Origin: Opitutaceae bacterium
GTDB lineage: Bacteria; Verrucomicrobiota; Verrucomicrobiia; Opitutales; Opitutaceae
Length of the DNA: 64,000 nt
Assembly (NCBI GenBank): GCA_965227745.1
Contig: OZ245769.1
Span: 6,296,974 to 6,360,973 of the forward strand
Reading direction: 5' to 3'
A model generated the notes under the pieces. That model was given only the letters and a program-made list of their open reading frames with translations, did not search any database and had not been told where the DNA came from. Shown here one piece after another: positions 19,183-27,831 of the stretch; the first letter of the stretch is position 1, and every line of letters starts with the position of its first letter. Both the position numbers and the translations under genes were made by a program.

Positions 19183-21819
19183 ATGAACGATACCAAGCTC
19201 TCGCCCAACGATCCCCGGATCACGGCCTACGCCCTCGGCGAAATCGAGGCCGGAGACCGCGAGTTCGTGGAGGCGGCGCTACGCGCAGACCCCGGTCTGC
19301 GTGCCACCGTGGAGGCGATCCGCACGACCAGTGCCCACCTCCGCAACGCCTTGGCGGAAGAAGCCGCGCAAGCCCTCCCGACCGAAAACAAAGTCGTGGA
19401 AATGTTTCCCCTGCAAATGGGACCGGCGATCCAGCAACCGGATGCCGTTCCTCCCATGGCTCAGCCGAAGACGCAGCCGACCGGGGCCGATCCGTATTCC
19501 CGCTCGCGGCGGAGCCGGCTTTTCCGCTTTCCGCAGGTCGCCTACCTCGGAGGTGGCCTCGCGGCGGCCTGTTTCGCGGTTTTGGCCATTCTAAATCCCC
19601 CGGCGTCTTCGCCGGCCCCGGTTGCAAAGTCCACCAAGGTCCTCGTCGACATGAGTGGGCTCGTGCTCGCCCCGACTAAGCCGGCGGTCGAGACCACGTC
19701 CTCCAATTCCACCACGTCCGCCGTCCCCGGCACCGATAAGGCCGGTACTGGCAGCGTCCGTCTCGCCGAGGCTGGCCAGTCCGACCGATCCGGGACGGCA
19801 CCGTCCAACCGCAGTACGGACGGGACGTCGCCACGCGTCGCGGCCAATCCGACGGACAAGAAATCGGTTGCGGAGGCCGGCTCCACGTCGGCGCAGGCGC
19901 TGGCTCCCGGGAGCGAGTTGCCCACACTCACGGTGGTATTTCCGCCTGAGTCTCCGACCGCTCGCCCCCGTGAGACGGGAGATTCCGGCGCGACCGCCGA
20001 GTCGAATGCCTCGCATGCGACCGCCAGCCCGACTCAGGTCGCCGCGCAGGTGCCGGCCTCCGGTCTCAGTGGGTCGGGCCTGCCGGCCAATGCCACGGTC
20101 AGCGGTGACAAGCTTTACATTCCGAGCTTCACGATGTCGGCTGACCGGCTGAAAAATCGCAGTGCCGCCGCGAACCAGCCCCCGGCCGAAAAAGCTCCGG
20201 CCACTGTCGCGTCGGTCAGCGGCGGAGGCGGCTCAGCCTCGACGGCAAAATCCGCCGATTCGGTCGCCGATGGTATCGTAAAATTGGATACAGTCACGGT
20301 GGCGGAGCGGGCGGATAACTCGCTTGCGGCGGCGCTGACGCCGAATCAGGCCCGCCGAGCTGCCTTTAAGGCTCCGCCGCGGACGTTTCTGCCCGAGAGC
20401 AAATTCGTTAAATCGAAGGAGCACCCGTATTCCACGTTCCTCGCCGAGCACGATACGGCGAGCTACTTTGCGATCCGGCAGGCGGTTCAGGCCAAGCATC
20501 GGCCCTCGCCGGATTCGGTCCGCATCGAGGAGTTGCTCAATTATTTCCCGTATCACTATGCCGCGCCTTCGGCCAAGAGCGACGCCCCCATCGCGGCCAC
20601 GCTCGAGGTTGCCAATGCCCCGTGGGCACCAGAGCACCGGCTCGTGCGCATCGGCCTGAAAGCGCGGGAAGTCACGACGGCAGAGCGCCCGGCCGCCAAT
20701 CTGGTTTTTCTCCTCGAGACATCGCCGACGATGAACGCCGGACGACTTCCGCTCGTGAAGGAATCCCTTCGCCTTCTGCTCGGCAAGCTGCGGCCCGATG
20801 ACCGTGTGGCGATCGTGACCTATGGCGCCACGCCTGGCCTCGTGCTTCCCTCGACGCTCGTCTCGCGGGCGAGTGAAATTCTCAACTCCCTCGATCGCCT
20901 GCGCCCGGCGCGCGCGCCCAACGGTCTCACCGGCATCCGCCTGGCCTACGACGTGGCCCGCGCGAATCTCGTCAACGATGGGATCAATCGCGTCATCCTC
21001 TGTACGGGTGGCGACCTGAATGTCGGTGTCGGCAGCGACCGCGAGCTCACGCGCCTCGTCGAAGAAAAGGCCGAAGCCGGCGTGCTTCTCACCGTGCTGG
21101 GCTTCGGCATGGGTGAGCTTCGCGACCGCCGTATCGAGCGCCTGGCCGACAATGGCAACGGCATGCACGGCTACATCGATTCGCGCAAGGAGGCCGAAAA
21201 GCTCCTCGTGCAGCAGGTCAACGGCACGCTCGTGATGATCGCGAAAGACGTGAAGATCCAAGTCGATTTCAACCCCTCGCAAGTCGCGAGCTACCGGCTG
21301 ATCGGTTACGAAAATCGCGCGCAGCCCGGCGAGGAAATCGCCAACAATAAAGTCGACGCCGGCGAGATCGGCGCGGGCCATACCATCACCGCGCTCTACG
21401 AAGTCATCCCGGCCAACGTCGGCAACAAGGTCGCGAAAGGCACCAAGAGCGAGGTCGAGGACCGCCGCTATAATTTCTACAGCAGCGTCAGCGACAATGT
21501 GCCGAAGGCCGACGATCCCCGCGCCCGCGAACTCATGATGGTGCGCGTGAGCTATAAGAAGCCGGGCGGCTTTTTCCCCCGCCAACTTGATTTTCCGCTC
21601 GCCGATGCCGGTGGCACCTTCACCGACGCCAGCTCCGATTTCAAATTCGCCGCCGCCGTCGCCGGCTTCGGCATGATCCTCCGCGAGTCTCCCTATCGCG
21701 GCACGGCCACGATGTCCGACGTGATTGATTGGGCCCAGGCTGGCGTCGATGACGACGTGGGCGGGTACCGCAGCGACTTCATCGAGCTCGCGCGGATGAC
21801 CGATAGCCCGGAGAAGTGA
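19183..21819 (+). CDS. anti-sigma-like N-terminus, TM helix, S/T/A/P-rich linker, YfbK-type vWA domain protein
   Basis: N-terminus DPRITAYALGEIEAGDREFVEAALRADPGLRATVEAIR (anti-sigma-like); one TM helix (GGGLAAACFAVLAIL). The C-terminal half has STFLAEHDTASYFAIRQ...IRIEELLNYFPY...NLVFLLETSPTM...RVILCTGGDLNVG...YRLIGYENR, a vWA plus YfbK-like extension. Confidence 0.8.
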   Translation: MNDTKLSPNDPRITAYALGEIEAGDREFVEAALRADPGLRATVEAIRTTSAHLRNALAEEAAQALPTENKVVEMFPLQMGPAIQQPDAVPPMAQPKTQPTGADPYSRSRRSRLFRFPQVAYLGGGLAAACFAVLAILNPPASSPAPVAKSTKVLVDMSGLVLAPTKPAVETTSSNSTTSAVPGTDKAGTGSVRLAEAGQSDRSGTAPSNRSTDGTSPRVAANPTDKKSVAEAGSTSAQALAPGSELPTLTVVFPPESPTARPRETGDSGATAESNASHATASPTQVAAQVPASGLSGSGLPANATVSGDKLYIPSFTMSADRLKNRSAAANQPPAEKAPATVASVSGGGGSASTAKSADSVADGIVKLDTVTVAERADNSLAAALTPNQARRAAFKAPPRTFLPESKFVKSKEHPYSTFLAEHDTASYFAIRQAVQAKHRPSPDSVRIEELLNYFPYHYAAPSAKSDAPIAATLEVANAPWAPEHRLVRIGLKAREVTTAERPAANLVFLLETSPTMNAGRLPLVKESLRLLLGKLRPDDRVAIVTYGATPGLVLPSTLVSRASEILNSLDRLRPARAPNGLTGIRLAYDVARANLVNDGINRVILCTGGDLNVGVGSDRELTRLVEEKAEAGVLLTVLGFGMGELRDRRIERLADNGNGMHGYIDSRKEAEKLLVQQVNGTLVMIAKDVKIQVDFNPSQVASYRLIGYENRAQPGEEIANNKVDAGEIGAGHTITALYEVIPANVGNKVAKGTKSEVEDRRYNFYSSVSDNVPKADDPRARELMMVRVSYKKPGGFFPRQLDFPLADAGGTFTDASSDFKFAAAVAGFGMILRESPYRGTATMSDVIDWAQAGVDDDVGGYRSDFIELARMTDSPEK

Positions 21820-21960
21820 GGGTGGGGGTTGAGTTAAGAGGGCAAAGGACCAATCACCGCAGTTTCGGCGGATGGGTTGCGGTTCACTGACGCGTACTGC
21901 CCGGTTGATCGCGCTCAAGATTCCGGCGGCGGAGTCGTACTAGACTATAAGCCAACTTGG

Positions 21961-24705
21961 ATGACCACGGAATCGCCCACCGCCTCGAGGACTGCGGCTC
22001 CCGCCCCGCTCGAACTCAGCGTCGGGCAGCGCGAAGCCTTGACCCGCTATGCCGCGCAGTTGCTCGAAGGTGCGTCCGTTCACGCCGCCCACGTGGTCGC
22101 GGCTGCGATCGCTTCCGTGCAGGCGCGCGAGCCGGTCACGGACAGCGAACGTCCGGGCACCGCCACCGCTGGACCGGAACAGGCAGAAATTTACTTCAGC
22201 GCCGTCCGCCGCCAGGCGTTGGCCCGCCTGCGAAGTGAAGGTGGGGCGCAGCGCAAGAGCACTGCCGAAGGCGATGATGCTCCGACCTCGCTGGCACAGC
22301 GCGTCGAGCGCCTCACCCCCAAACAGCGCGAGGCAGTGTGGCTCACGTTTGCGCAGGGTTTTGGCTACGAACGCCTCACGCGGATCACTGGGCTTTCGCT
22401 CCACCACGTTGGCTTTCTGCTGCACTCGGCCTTGACCAACCTGCGCGACTCCACGGCGGCGAGCGACGATACCCGCGTCACCGATCACGTGCTCGGCGAA
22501 ATGAGTGCGGCGCAGGAAGAGACGTTTACCGAGGCCTGTCGGGGCGATCCGGCCTTGAAAGAGGCGGTGGCCAAAGCCCGGGCACTCGTCGCCGAACTGC
22601 GCGCGACCATGGGATTCGAGGCGGCGTGGACGACTGGCACGACGTCCAAGCCGGCACCGAAGAAGATCGGATCGCGCCGTCGCGCACTCTGGGTTAGCGC
22701 CGGTGCTTTGTTGGCGCTGGGCATCGGCGCGGCATATTGGTGGCTGTGGGCACCGCAGCCGCCTCCGGGGCAAGTTAACGCAGGGACCACGGAGGAGTTT
22801 CGCTTGCGGCCTGACTCTTGGAAAATGACGAAGCCGCTCCCGGAGCGGACGGAGGAGCGCACCACGGGAAATGCCGGTTCTTCTTCAGTACCGGGAGTTC
22901 GACCGGCTGCGCTGAGTGAACCGCGGCGGACTACATCGACGCGCTCCGATGACCCGGGCGACCAAGCACGACTGCCGCCCGTGAACTCGTCCGCCGGTGA
23001 CGGTGGTGGGAGTAGTGGGTCGGTGCCGAGCGGGGCCGGGCGCGGTCCGAGTGGGAAGCCGCAGTCCGGCGATTCTGCCGCCCCGTCAATGGCGAAAGCT
23101 GCAGGCAGTTCAGGTCGTGACCACGAGATTCCTCGCGCGGCAAGCGCGGTAAAAGACCGATCCAGCGGCGAGGTGAGTGAAGCGGCGAAAGGCGGAGCCA
23201 AAGATCGCCCTTTGCCGGGCGGTTTGAACCGAACGTCGGTCGCTTCGACGGGGAAAGCGCTGCCACTTTCCTCTTCAGCCGCAAAGGATCCAGCGGCGTC
23301 GGCGGGGCAATCGAAGGCTTCGGAAAAAGCGGGCGGCGTGACCGCAAGCGGGACCTCTGACGCGGTGGAGAAAGCTGCCGGCGACCGCGTCGATGATGGG
23401 CTGCCGGCGACGAGTCCGCTTTCGGCGCTCAAGGCCGTGATTAAAGAAAAGCGGACACCGGATGCGGGCGCCGCAGATGTATCGGCGTTGTTGGATGAGT
23501 ATTCGCCAATGGCGCGGCCGGCGGCGGCGGAGACGATACCTGAGCTGGCGGTCGGAGTTGAGGCGGCGCCTGCACCGTGGGCGGAGGATCGCCGCCTCGT
23601 GCGCGTGGTGCTCACGGCGGCCCCGGCCCGGGAAGCGCGCCCAGCGGCGGCGCACGTGGTGCTGCTCGTCGATGTTTCGGCTTCCATGGATGCGCCTAAT
23701 CGCCTTCCGCTCGTCGTGGCGTCGGCGCGTCGTCTCCTGCGCGGCCTCGCTCCGGCGGACCGCGTGAGCATTGTCACCTACGCGGGCGAAGCGCGGGTGG
23801 CGTTGCCCCCGACGACGCTCGAGCACGCGAGTGAAATCCAGGCGGCCCTCACCGCGCTCAAACCGGAAGGCATGACGAATGGCGGCGCGGGCCTGCGGCG
23901 GGCCTACGCGTTGGCGCACGCGGGCTTCGTTCCCGGGGGCGTAAATCGCGTGCTGCTTTGCACCGATGGCGATTTCAACATGGGGATCACGAGTGAAGGC
24001 GAGCTGACGGCTCTGGTCGCGAGCGAAGCGAAGGCGGGCATCGAGCTGGGGGTATTTGGCTTCGGGCGCGGGCGGCAGATCGATCCGCGGCTGGAGGCCC
24101 TCGCGACGGCGGGGCAGGGCGGGAGTGGCAATGTAACTACGCGGCGCGACGCTGAGAGGCGCATGGCGGCGGAGGTTAACGGCTGGTCGCCGACCCGCGT
24201 GCGCGATCTGAGTGTGATCTTGGAGTGTGATCCGAGGCGCGTCGCGGCGTGGCGACTGATCGGGTACGAGGAAAACTTTCTGCCGCCGGAAGCGCTGGGA
24301 CGGCGAGGTTTTGAGCAAAGTGAACTGCCCCCCGGCGAATCCGTCACGGTGCTGTTTGAACTGCGGTCGGCGGAAGGGACTTCCACGCGTGATGTGGCCG
24401 ACGCTGCCGCCGCGGTGATTGCCTGCGTGCGCTACCGGGACGGAAACGGAACCGCCCATGTGATCCGCGCCCCACTGGGCGACTCCGTGGCACGACTGAG
24501 CGAGGCGAGCGCGGAGTTTCGTTTCACGGCTTCCGTCGCTGATTTGGGACTCGCGCTGCGGGTGTCGCCGTTGCCGCATGCCCGGCTCGATGGCGTGGTG
24601 CGGCGAGCCGAGAGCGCCGCCGCCGATCTCGCCGAGCGCGACTACGGCGGTTATCGCGAAGAGTTCCTTTCGCTCGCGCGTGAAGCGCGCGAGCTGGCGA
24701 AGTAG
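21961..24705 (+). CDS. single-polypeptide fusion: degenerate ECF-sigma-like domain, anti-sigma-like segment, TM helix, low-complexity linker, vWA domain
   Basis: Residues after the start (MTTESP) align by eye to the 18627 sigma (ALTRYAAQLLEG..HVVAAAIASV; LTPKQREAVWLTFAQGFGYERLTRITGLSLHHVGFLLHSAL). Then DDTRVTDHVLGEMSAAQEETFTEACRGDPALKEAVAKAR parallels the 19183 N-terminus, followed by TM LWVSAGALLALGIGAAYWWLW. The vWA domain has an intact DVSAS MIDAS motif and YRLIGYEEN-like WRLIGYEEN. Confidence 0.75.
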   Translation: MTTESPTASRTAAPAPLELSVGQREALTRYAAQLLEGASVHAAHVVAAAIASVQAREPVTDSERPGTATAGPEQAEIYFSAVRRQALARLRSEGGAQRKSTAEGDDAPTSLAQRVERLTPKQREAVWLTFAQGFGYERLTRITGLSLHHVGFLLHSALTNLRDSTAASDDTRVTDHVLGEMSAAQEETFTEACRGDPALKEAVAKARALVAELRATMGFEAAWTTGTTSKPAPKKIGSRRRALWVSAGALLALGIGAAYWWLWAPQPPPGQVNAGTTEEFRLRPDSWKMTKPLPERTEERTTGNAGSSSVPGVRPAALSEPRRTTSTRSDDPGDQARLPPVNSSAGDGGGSSGSVPSGAGRGPSGKPQSGDSAAPSMAKAAGSSGRDHEIPRAASAVKDRSSGEVSEAAKGGAKDRPLPGGLNRTSVASTGKALPLSSSAAKDPAASAGQSKASEKAGGVTASGTSDAVEKAAGDRVDDGLPATSPLSALKAVIKEKRTPDAGAADVSALLDEYSPMARPAAAETIPELAVGVEAAPAPWAEDRRLVRVVLTAAPAREARPAAAHVVLLVDVSASMDAPNRLPLVVASARRLLRGLAPADRVSIVTYAGEARVALPPTTLEHASEIQAALTALKPEGMTNGGAGLRRAYALAHAGFVPGGVNRVLLCTDGDFNMGITSEGELTALVASEAKAGIELGVFGFGRGRQIDPRLEALATAGQGGSGNVTTRRDAERRMAAEVNGWSPTRVRDLSVILECDPRRVAAWRLIGYEENFLPPEALGRRGFEQSELPPGESVTVLFELRSAEGTSTRDVADAAAAVIACVRYRDGNGTAHVIRAPLGDSVARLSEASAEFRFTASVADLGLALRVSPLPHARLDGVVRRAESAAADLAERDYGGYREEFLSLAREARELAK

Positions 24706-24713
24706 TCCAACGC

Positions 24714-25607
24714 TTACGCGGCGAGACCGGCCGTGAGAGCGAGTGCACCCTTCGCGCGATTCAAGATGTAGAGGTGGTATCCCGGCGCGCCGTGGGCGAG
24801 GAGATCGCGGATTTGCGTGAGGGCCCAGTCGATGCCGATGGTCTCGACCACGTCGGTGTTTTCGGCGGCGACTTCGAGGCGCGTGGTGAGCTTGCCGGGG
24901 AGGCTGGTGCCGCACATCGCGGTGAAGCGCTGGATTTGTTTCAGCGACAGCACGGGCATGATGCCGGGCACGATCGGGACTTTGATCCCGGCGGCGCGGC
25001 AGCGATCGACGAAACGGTAATACACGTCGTTGTCGAAAAAGAGCTGGGTCGTGACGAAGTCCGCGCCAGCGTCGACCTTGCGCTTTAGGTTGACGAGATC
25101 GACCTCGAGCGAGGGGGCTTCGGGATGGCGCTCCGGGTAGCCGCCGACGCCGAGGCAGAAATCGGCGTGGCGCGCCTTGAGCAGCGCCACGAGGTCGCTG
25201 GCGTAGCGGAGGCCGTCTTTGTAGGGCGTGAACGTCGACTCGCCCTTGGGCGGGTCGCCGCGGAGGGTCATGATGTTGCGAAAGCCGCCGGCGTGGATGC
25301 GGTCGGCGACGCCATTCAGATCATCGCGCGAGTGGCCCACGCAGGTGAGGTGGGGCATGACGGTGAAACCGAAATCCCGCTTCAGAAAATCGCTGACCTG
25401 CGCGGTGCGGTCGCGCGTGGTGCCGCCCGCGCCGTAGGTGACCGAGACGAAGTCCGGATTCATGCGCTTGAGCGCGGTGGCCGTGGCCCGCAGGGCCTCG
25501 ACGCCCGCCTCATCCTTCGGTGGGAAAAACTCGAGGGAGCGGAGGGGGCGCGATTGCGCGAAGAGTTCGGAGATGGGTCGGTCGGCCTGCATGTGACGTA
25601 TCAACAA
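24714..25607 (-). CDS. metF: 5,10-methylenetetrahydrofolate reductase
   Basis: SLEFFPPK...FVSVTYGAGGTTRDRT...MPHLTC...NIMTLRGDPP...TTQLFFD are MetF hallmarks. Confidence 0.9.
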   Translation of the reverse strand: MLIRHMQADRPISELFAQSRPLRSLEFFPPKDEAGVEALRATATALKRMNPDFVSVTYGAGGTTRDRTAQVSDFLKRDFGFTVMPHLTCVGHSRDDLNGVADRIHAGGFRNIMTLRGDPPKGESTFTPYKDGLRYASDLVALLKARHADFCLGVGGYPERHPEAPSLEVDLVNLKRKVDAGADFVTTQLFFDNDVYYRFVDRCRAAGIKVPIVPGIMPVLSLKQIQRFTAMCGTSLPGKLTTRLEVAAENTDVVETIGIDWALTQIRDLLAHGAPGYHLYILNRAKGALALTAGLAA

Positions 25608-25652
25608 ATAAGTAAGTGATGATATGTGTAAAGTTCCGTTTTCAAACTAACC

Positions 25653-27515
25653 TTAGCGCGCCGGGGGCGGCTCGACGATGACTTCGACGATGAGGTAAGC
25701 GTCGGATTGCCAGACAGGGCGGAAGGCGAAGCGTTCGGAATTCCAGCGCGCGTGGCGGTTGATAAACTCCAGGAAAGCAGGCGCGGGCGACGTCACGACG
25801 TAGCGGATACGGGAGGCATGCCACTTGTCGGCGGCCACGTTGAGCGGAGTCTTCGGGTCGAATAGCCAGGCGACCTCGGGGCTCCAGATCGGCACGAACG
25901 TGATGTCGGTGTCGGCGAGCAAGTGCGGCAGGCCGGCGTAGTCGCTCAGGAGGCGCTTGCGACCGGGTAGGGCGTGGAGCGCGGCCATGAGCTGGGCCGA
26001 AGACTCCTCGCCGATCGCTTCGAAACGCCGCGCCGCCGTGGGCCACTCGCGCGGAGAGGAGCGATAGGCATTGTCGGGGAGCGTCAGCGTAAAGGGAAGG
26101 GTGGCGAGCAGGGCGACGATCAGGGCACCGTCGGCGACCTTTCGCCAAACGGTGGGCGCAGCGAGGATCGCGTAGCCGGCAAAGGCCGCAGCGAGCGCAA
26201 GCGCCGGACTCAACACGCGCAACGAGTAGAACGTACCGCCGGCGGTAAACGGCACCGACGCCATCCACAGCGCGCCGCACAGGCCCACGCAGACCGCGCA
26301 CCACCGCGCCTCGCGGAGCCCACGCTTGGCGTGCAACACGAGTGCGACGCCGCCGAGCAGAGCGGCGGGGGCGAAGAGGACGAAGTACCGCGTGACCTGC
26401 CGCCAGGTCTCGAGAGAGAACAGCGCGCCCCGCGCTACGGTGTGAAAGTTGGCCGACCAAGTGGCGAAGAATTCGTTAGTACGGAAGAGACCGGCGAGGT
26501 TGATCGCGAAGAACGGGTTGCCTGTGAGAATCCACGTGCGCAGCGGCCAGATCGCCACCAGCGGCAGGGCGATGGCCGCGAAACGAATCAGCGCGGAGCG
26601 CGGGGCCTGCATCAGCGCAAGAAGTCCAAGCCCGAGGAGAGGGAAGGCTAGGCCGTACTCGCGGGCTCCGGCCCCGGCGATGGAGGCGGCGGCCGCCAAG
26701 ATGAGCCAGGCGGGGGCGCGCGTTTTTTGCCAGCGGAGCAGGCCGTAGAGCAGGCCGGCGACGGAGAGGGCGGTGAGGCCGGTTTCCTGGCCAATGATCG
26801 CAGACCAGGTGAGCAGGGGTGTCGCCGCGGCGAGCAGCACCGCGCGACGCGCCGCGAGTTGCCCACCCCATGAATAGGCGATGCGCCAGAGGAATTCGTG
26901 GAGTGCGACCAATTGCAGCAAGATCGCGGGGGACGTCCACAGAGCCTTGATCGAGCCGCCACAGAAGTACGACCAAGCGTGCAGCGCGGCGATGCCGGGC
27001 GGGATGCTCTCCGGCCACGCGTAGGCCGCGTAGTCGGCGGCGCTGCGGGGCGGGTAAAAACTGAGCGAGCCCAGCTCGACCATCTGCTCCGCCAGCCAAC
27101 TCCAGCGGAAATAAACATCCGCCCCGGAGAGCGGCTGGGTCGCCAGCCGCCAGCCGACGATGCCCCAAAAGATGACGTAGAGGGGAGTCCAAGCGCCGAG
27201 CTGGGTGAAGCAGGCGAACGAAGATGTTTCCTCTTTCGCGGGGGGCTGGCCTTTGCGCTTAAGCGGGCGATAGGTGAAGTAGAGCGCGCCAGTGATCAGG
27301 GCTAGCGTGCCGGCCAGAGTGAGTAAGGTGATCGGGATATGCAGCACCGCGAAGATCACGACCAGCAGGTAGAGCAGTGCGGTCGAGATGATCACGCTGC
27401 CCGCGAAAGAGCGCGGCAGGTGCAGCGCGCGCAGGAGAGCTGCGCCCGGGGCCAGCAAGCCGGCGATCAACAGCGCCAGCCGGAACGGCAGCAGGATAAG
27501 TTCAAGCGCACCCAT
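25653..27515 (-). CDS. large polytopic membrane protein (possible GT-C-type glycosyltransferase)
   Basis: 620 aa with at least 12 hydrophobic helices and a C-terminal soluble region. No catalytic motif recognised with confidence. Confidence 0.6.
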   Translation of the reverse strand: MGALELILLPFRLALLIAGLLAPGAALLRALHLPRSFAGSVIISTALLYLLVVIFAVLHIPITLLTLAGTLALITGALYFTYRPLKRKGQPPAKEETSSFACFTQLGAWTPLYVIFWGIVGWRLATQPLSGADVYFRWSWLAEQMVELGSLSFYPPRSAADYAAYAWPESIPPGIAALHAWSYFCGGSIKALWTSPAILLQLVALHEFLWRIAYSWGGQLAARRAVLLAAATPLLTWSAIIGQETGLTALSVAGLLYGLLRWQKTRAPAWLILAAAASIAGAGAREYGLAFPLLGLGLLALMQAPRSALIRFAAIALPLVAIWPLRTWILTGNPFFAINLAGLFRTNEFFATWSANFHTVARGALFSLETWRQVTRYFVLFAPAALLGGVALVLHAKRGLREARWCAVCVGLCGALWMASVPFTAGGTFYSLRVLSPALALAAAFAGYAILAAPTVWRKVADGALIVALLATLPFTLTLPDNAYRSSPREWPTAARRFEAIGEESSAQLMAALHALPGRKRLLSDYAGLPHLLADTDITFVPIWSPEVAWLFDPKTPLNVAADKWHASRIRYVVTSPAPAFLEFINRHARWNSERFAFRPVWQSDAYLIVEVIVEPPPAR

Positions 27516-27671
27516 GAAGGAATCGGAAGGGGCCTAGGGATGGAGAGAGATGGGCGCGGATACAATCAAAGGCGTGTGAGTAAGAACCCTGCCTCGGAGG
27601 GAACTGAGCGGGCGAAGACCGTGGGCACGGTTTGAGGTGAACGCGACCTCCGGGCGCGTTTCATCGGGGTT

Positions 27672-27733
27672 GACTGCCGATGAGATTTTAAAGTTCGCCC
27701 TCCCGACGGCGCCACGGAGGTCGCCGTCCACCT
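27672..27733. repeat. about 60-nt dispersed repeat, copy 1 (GACTGCCGaTGAGATTTTA...CGCCCTCCCGACGgCGCCaCGGAGGTCGCCGTCCACCT)
   Basis: Aligns by eye with 62028..62088 with few mismatches. Confidence 0.8.
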
Positions 27734-27762
27734 TTCGATCCACGTGGCGGTGCGCGGGCACG

Positions 27763-27789
27763 AAAAAGGGCGGACTGAAGGTCCGCCCT
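27763..27789 (-). terminator. intrinsic terminator downstream of the DUF4340/GldG/ABC operon
   Basis: Minus strand reads GGGCGGACC-TTCA-GTCCGCCC followed by TTTTTCG. Confidence 0.7.
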
Positions 27790-27831
27790 CGTGGTGCGCT
27801 GAGGCTGCGCGAAATTGGCTGGGGCTGGTGG

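Noticed and set aside
20233-21918. 561-aa minus-strand ORF (and 23275..24915, 22485..23777) opposite the vWA genes
   Set aside because: The composition is Arg/Gly/Ala-dominated with no recognisable domain. The plus-strand frames carry clear anti-sigma and vWA motifs.
25642-27192. Alternative minus-strand frames (25642..26460, 26476..27192) within the large membrane-protein gene
   Set aside because: They are out-of-frame, Arg/Pro-rich translations. The 620-aa frame gives a coherent multi-TM protein.
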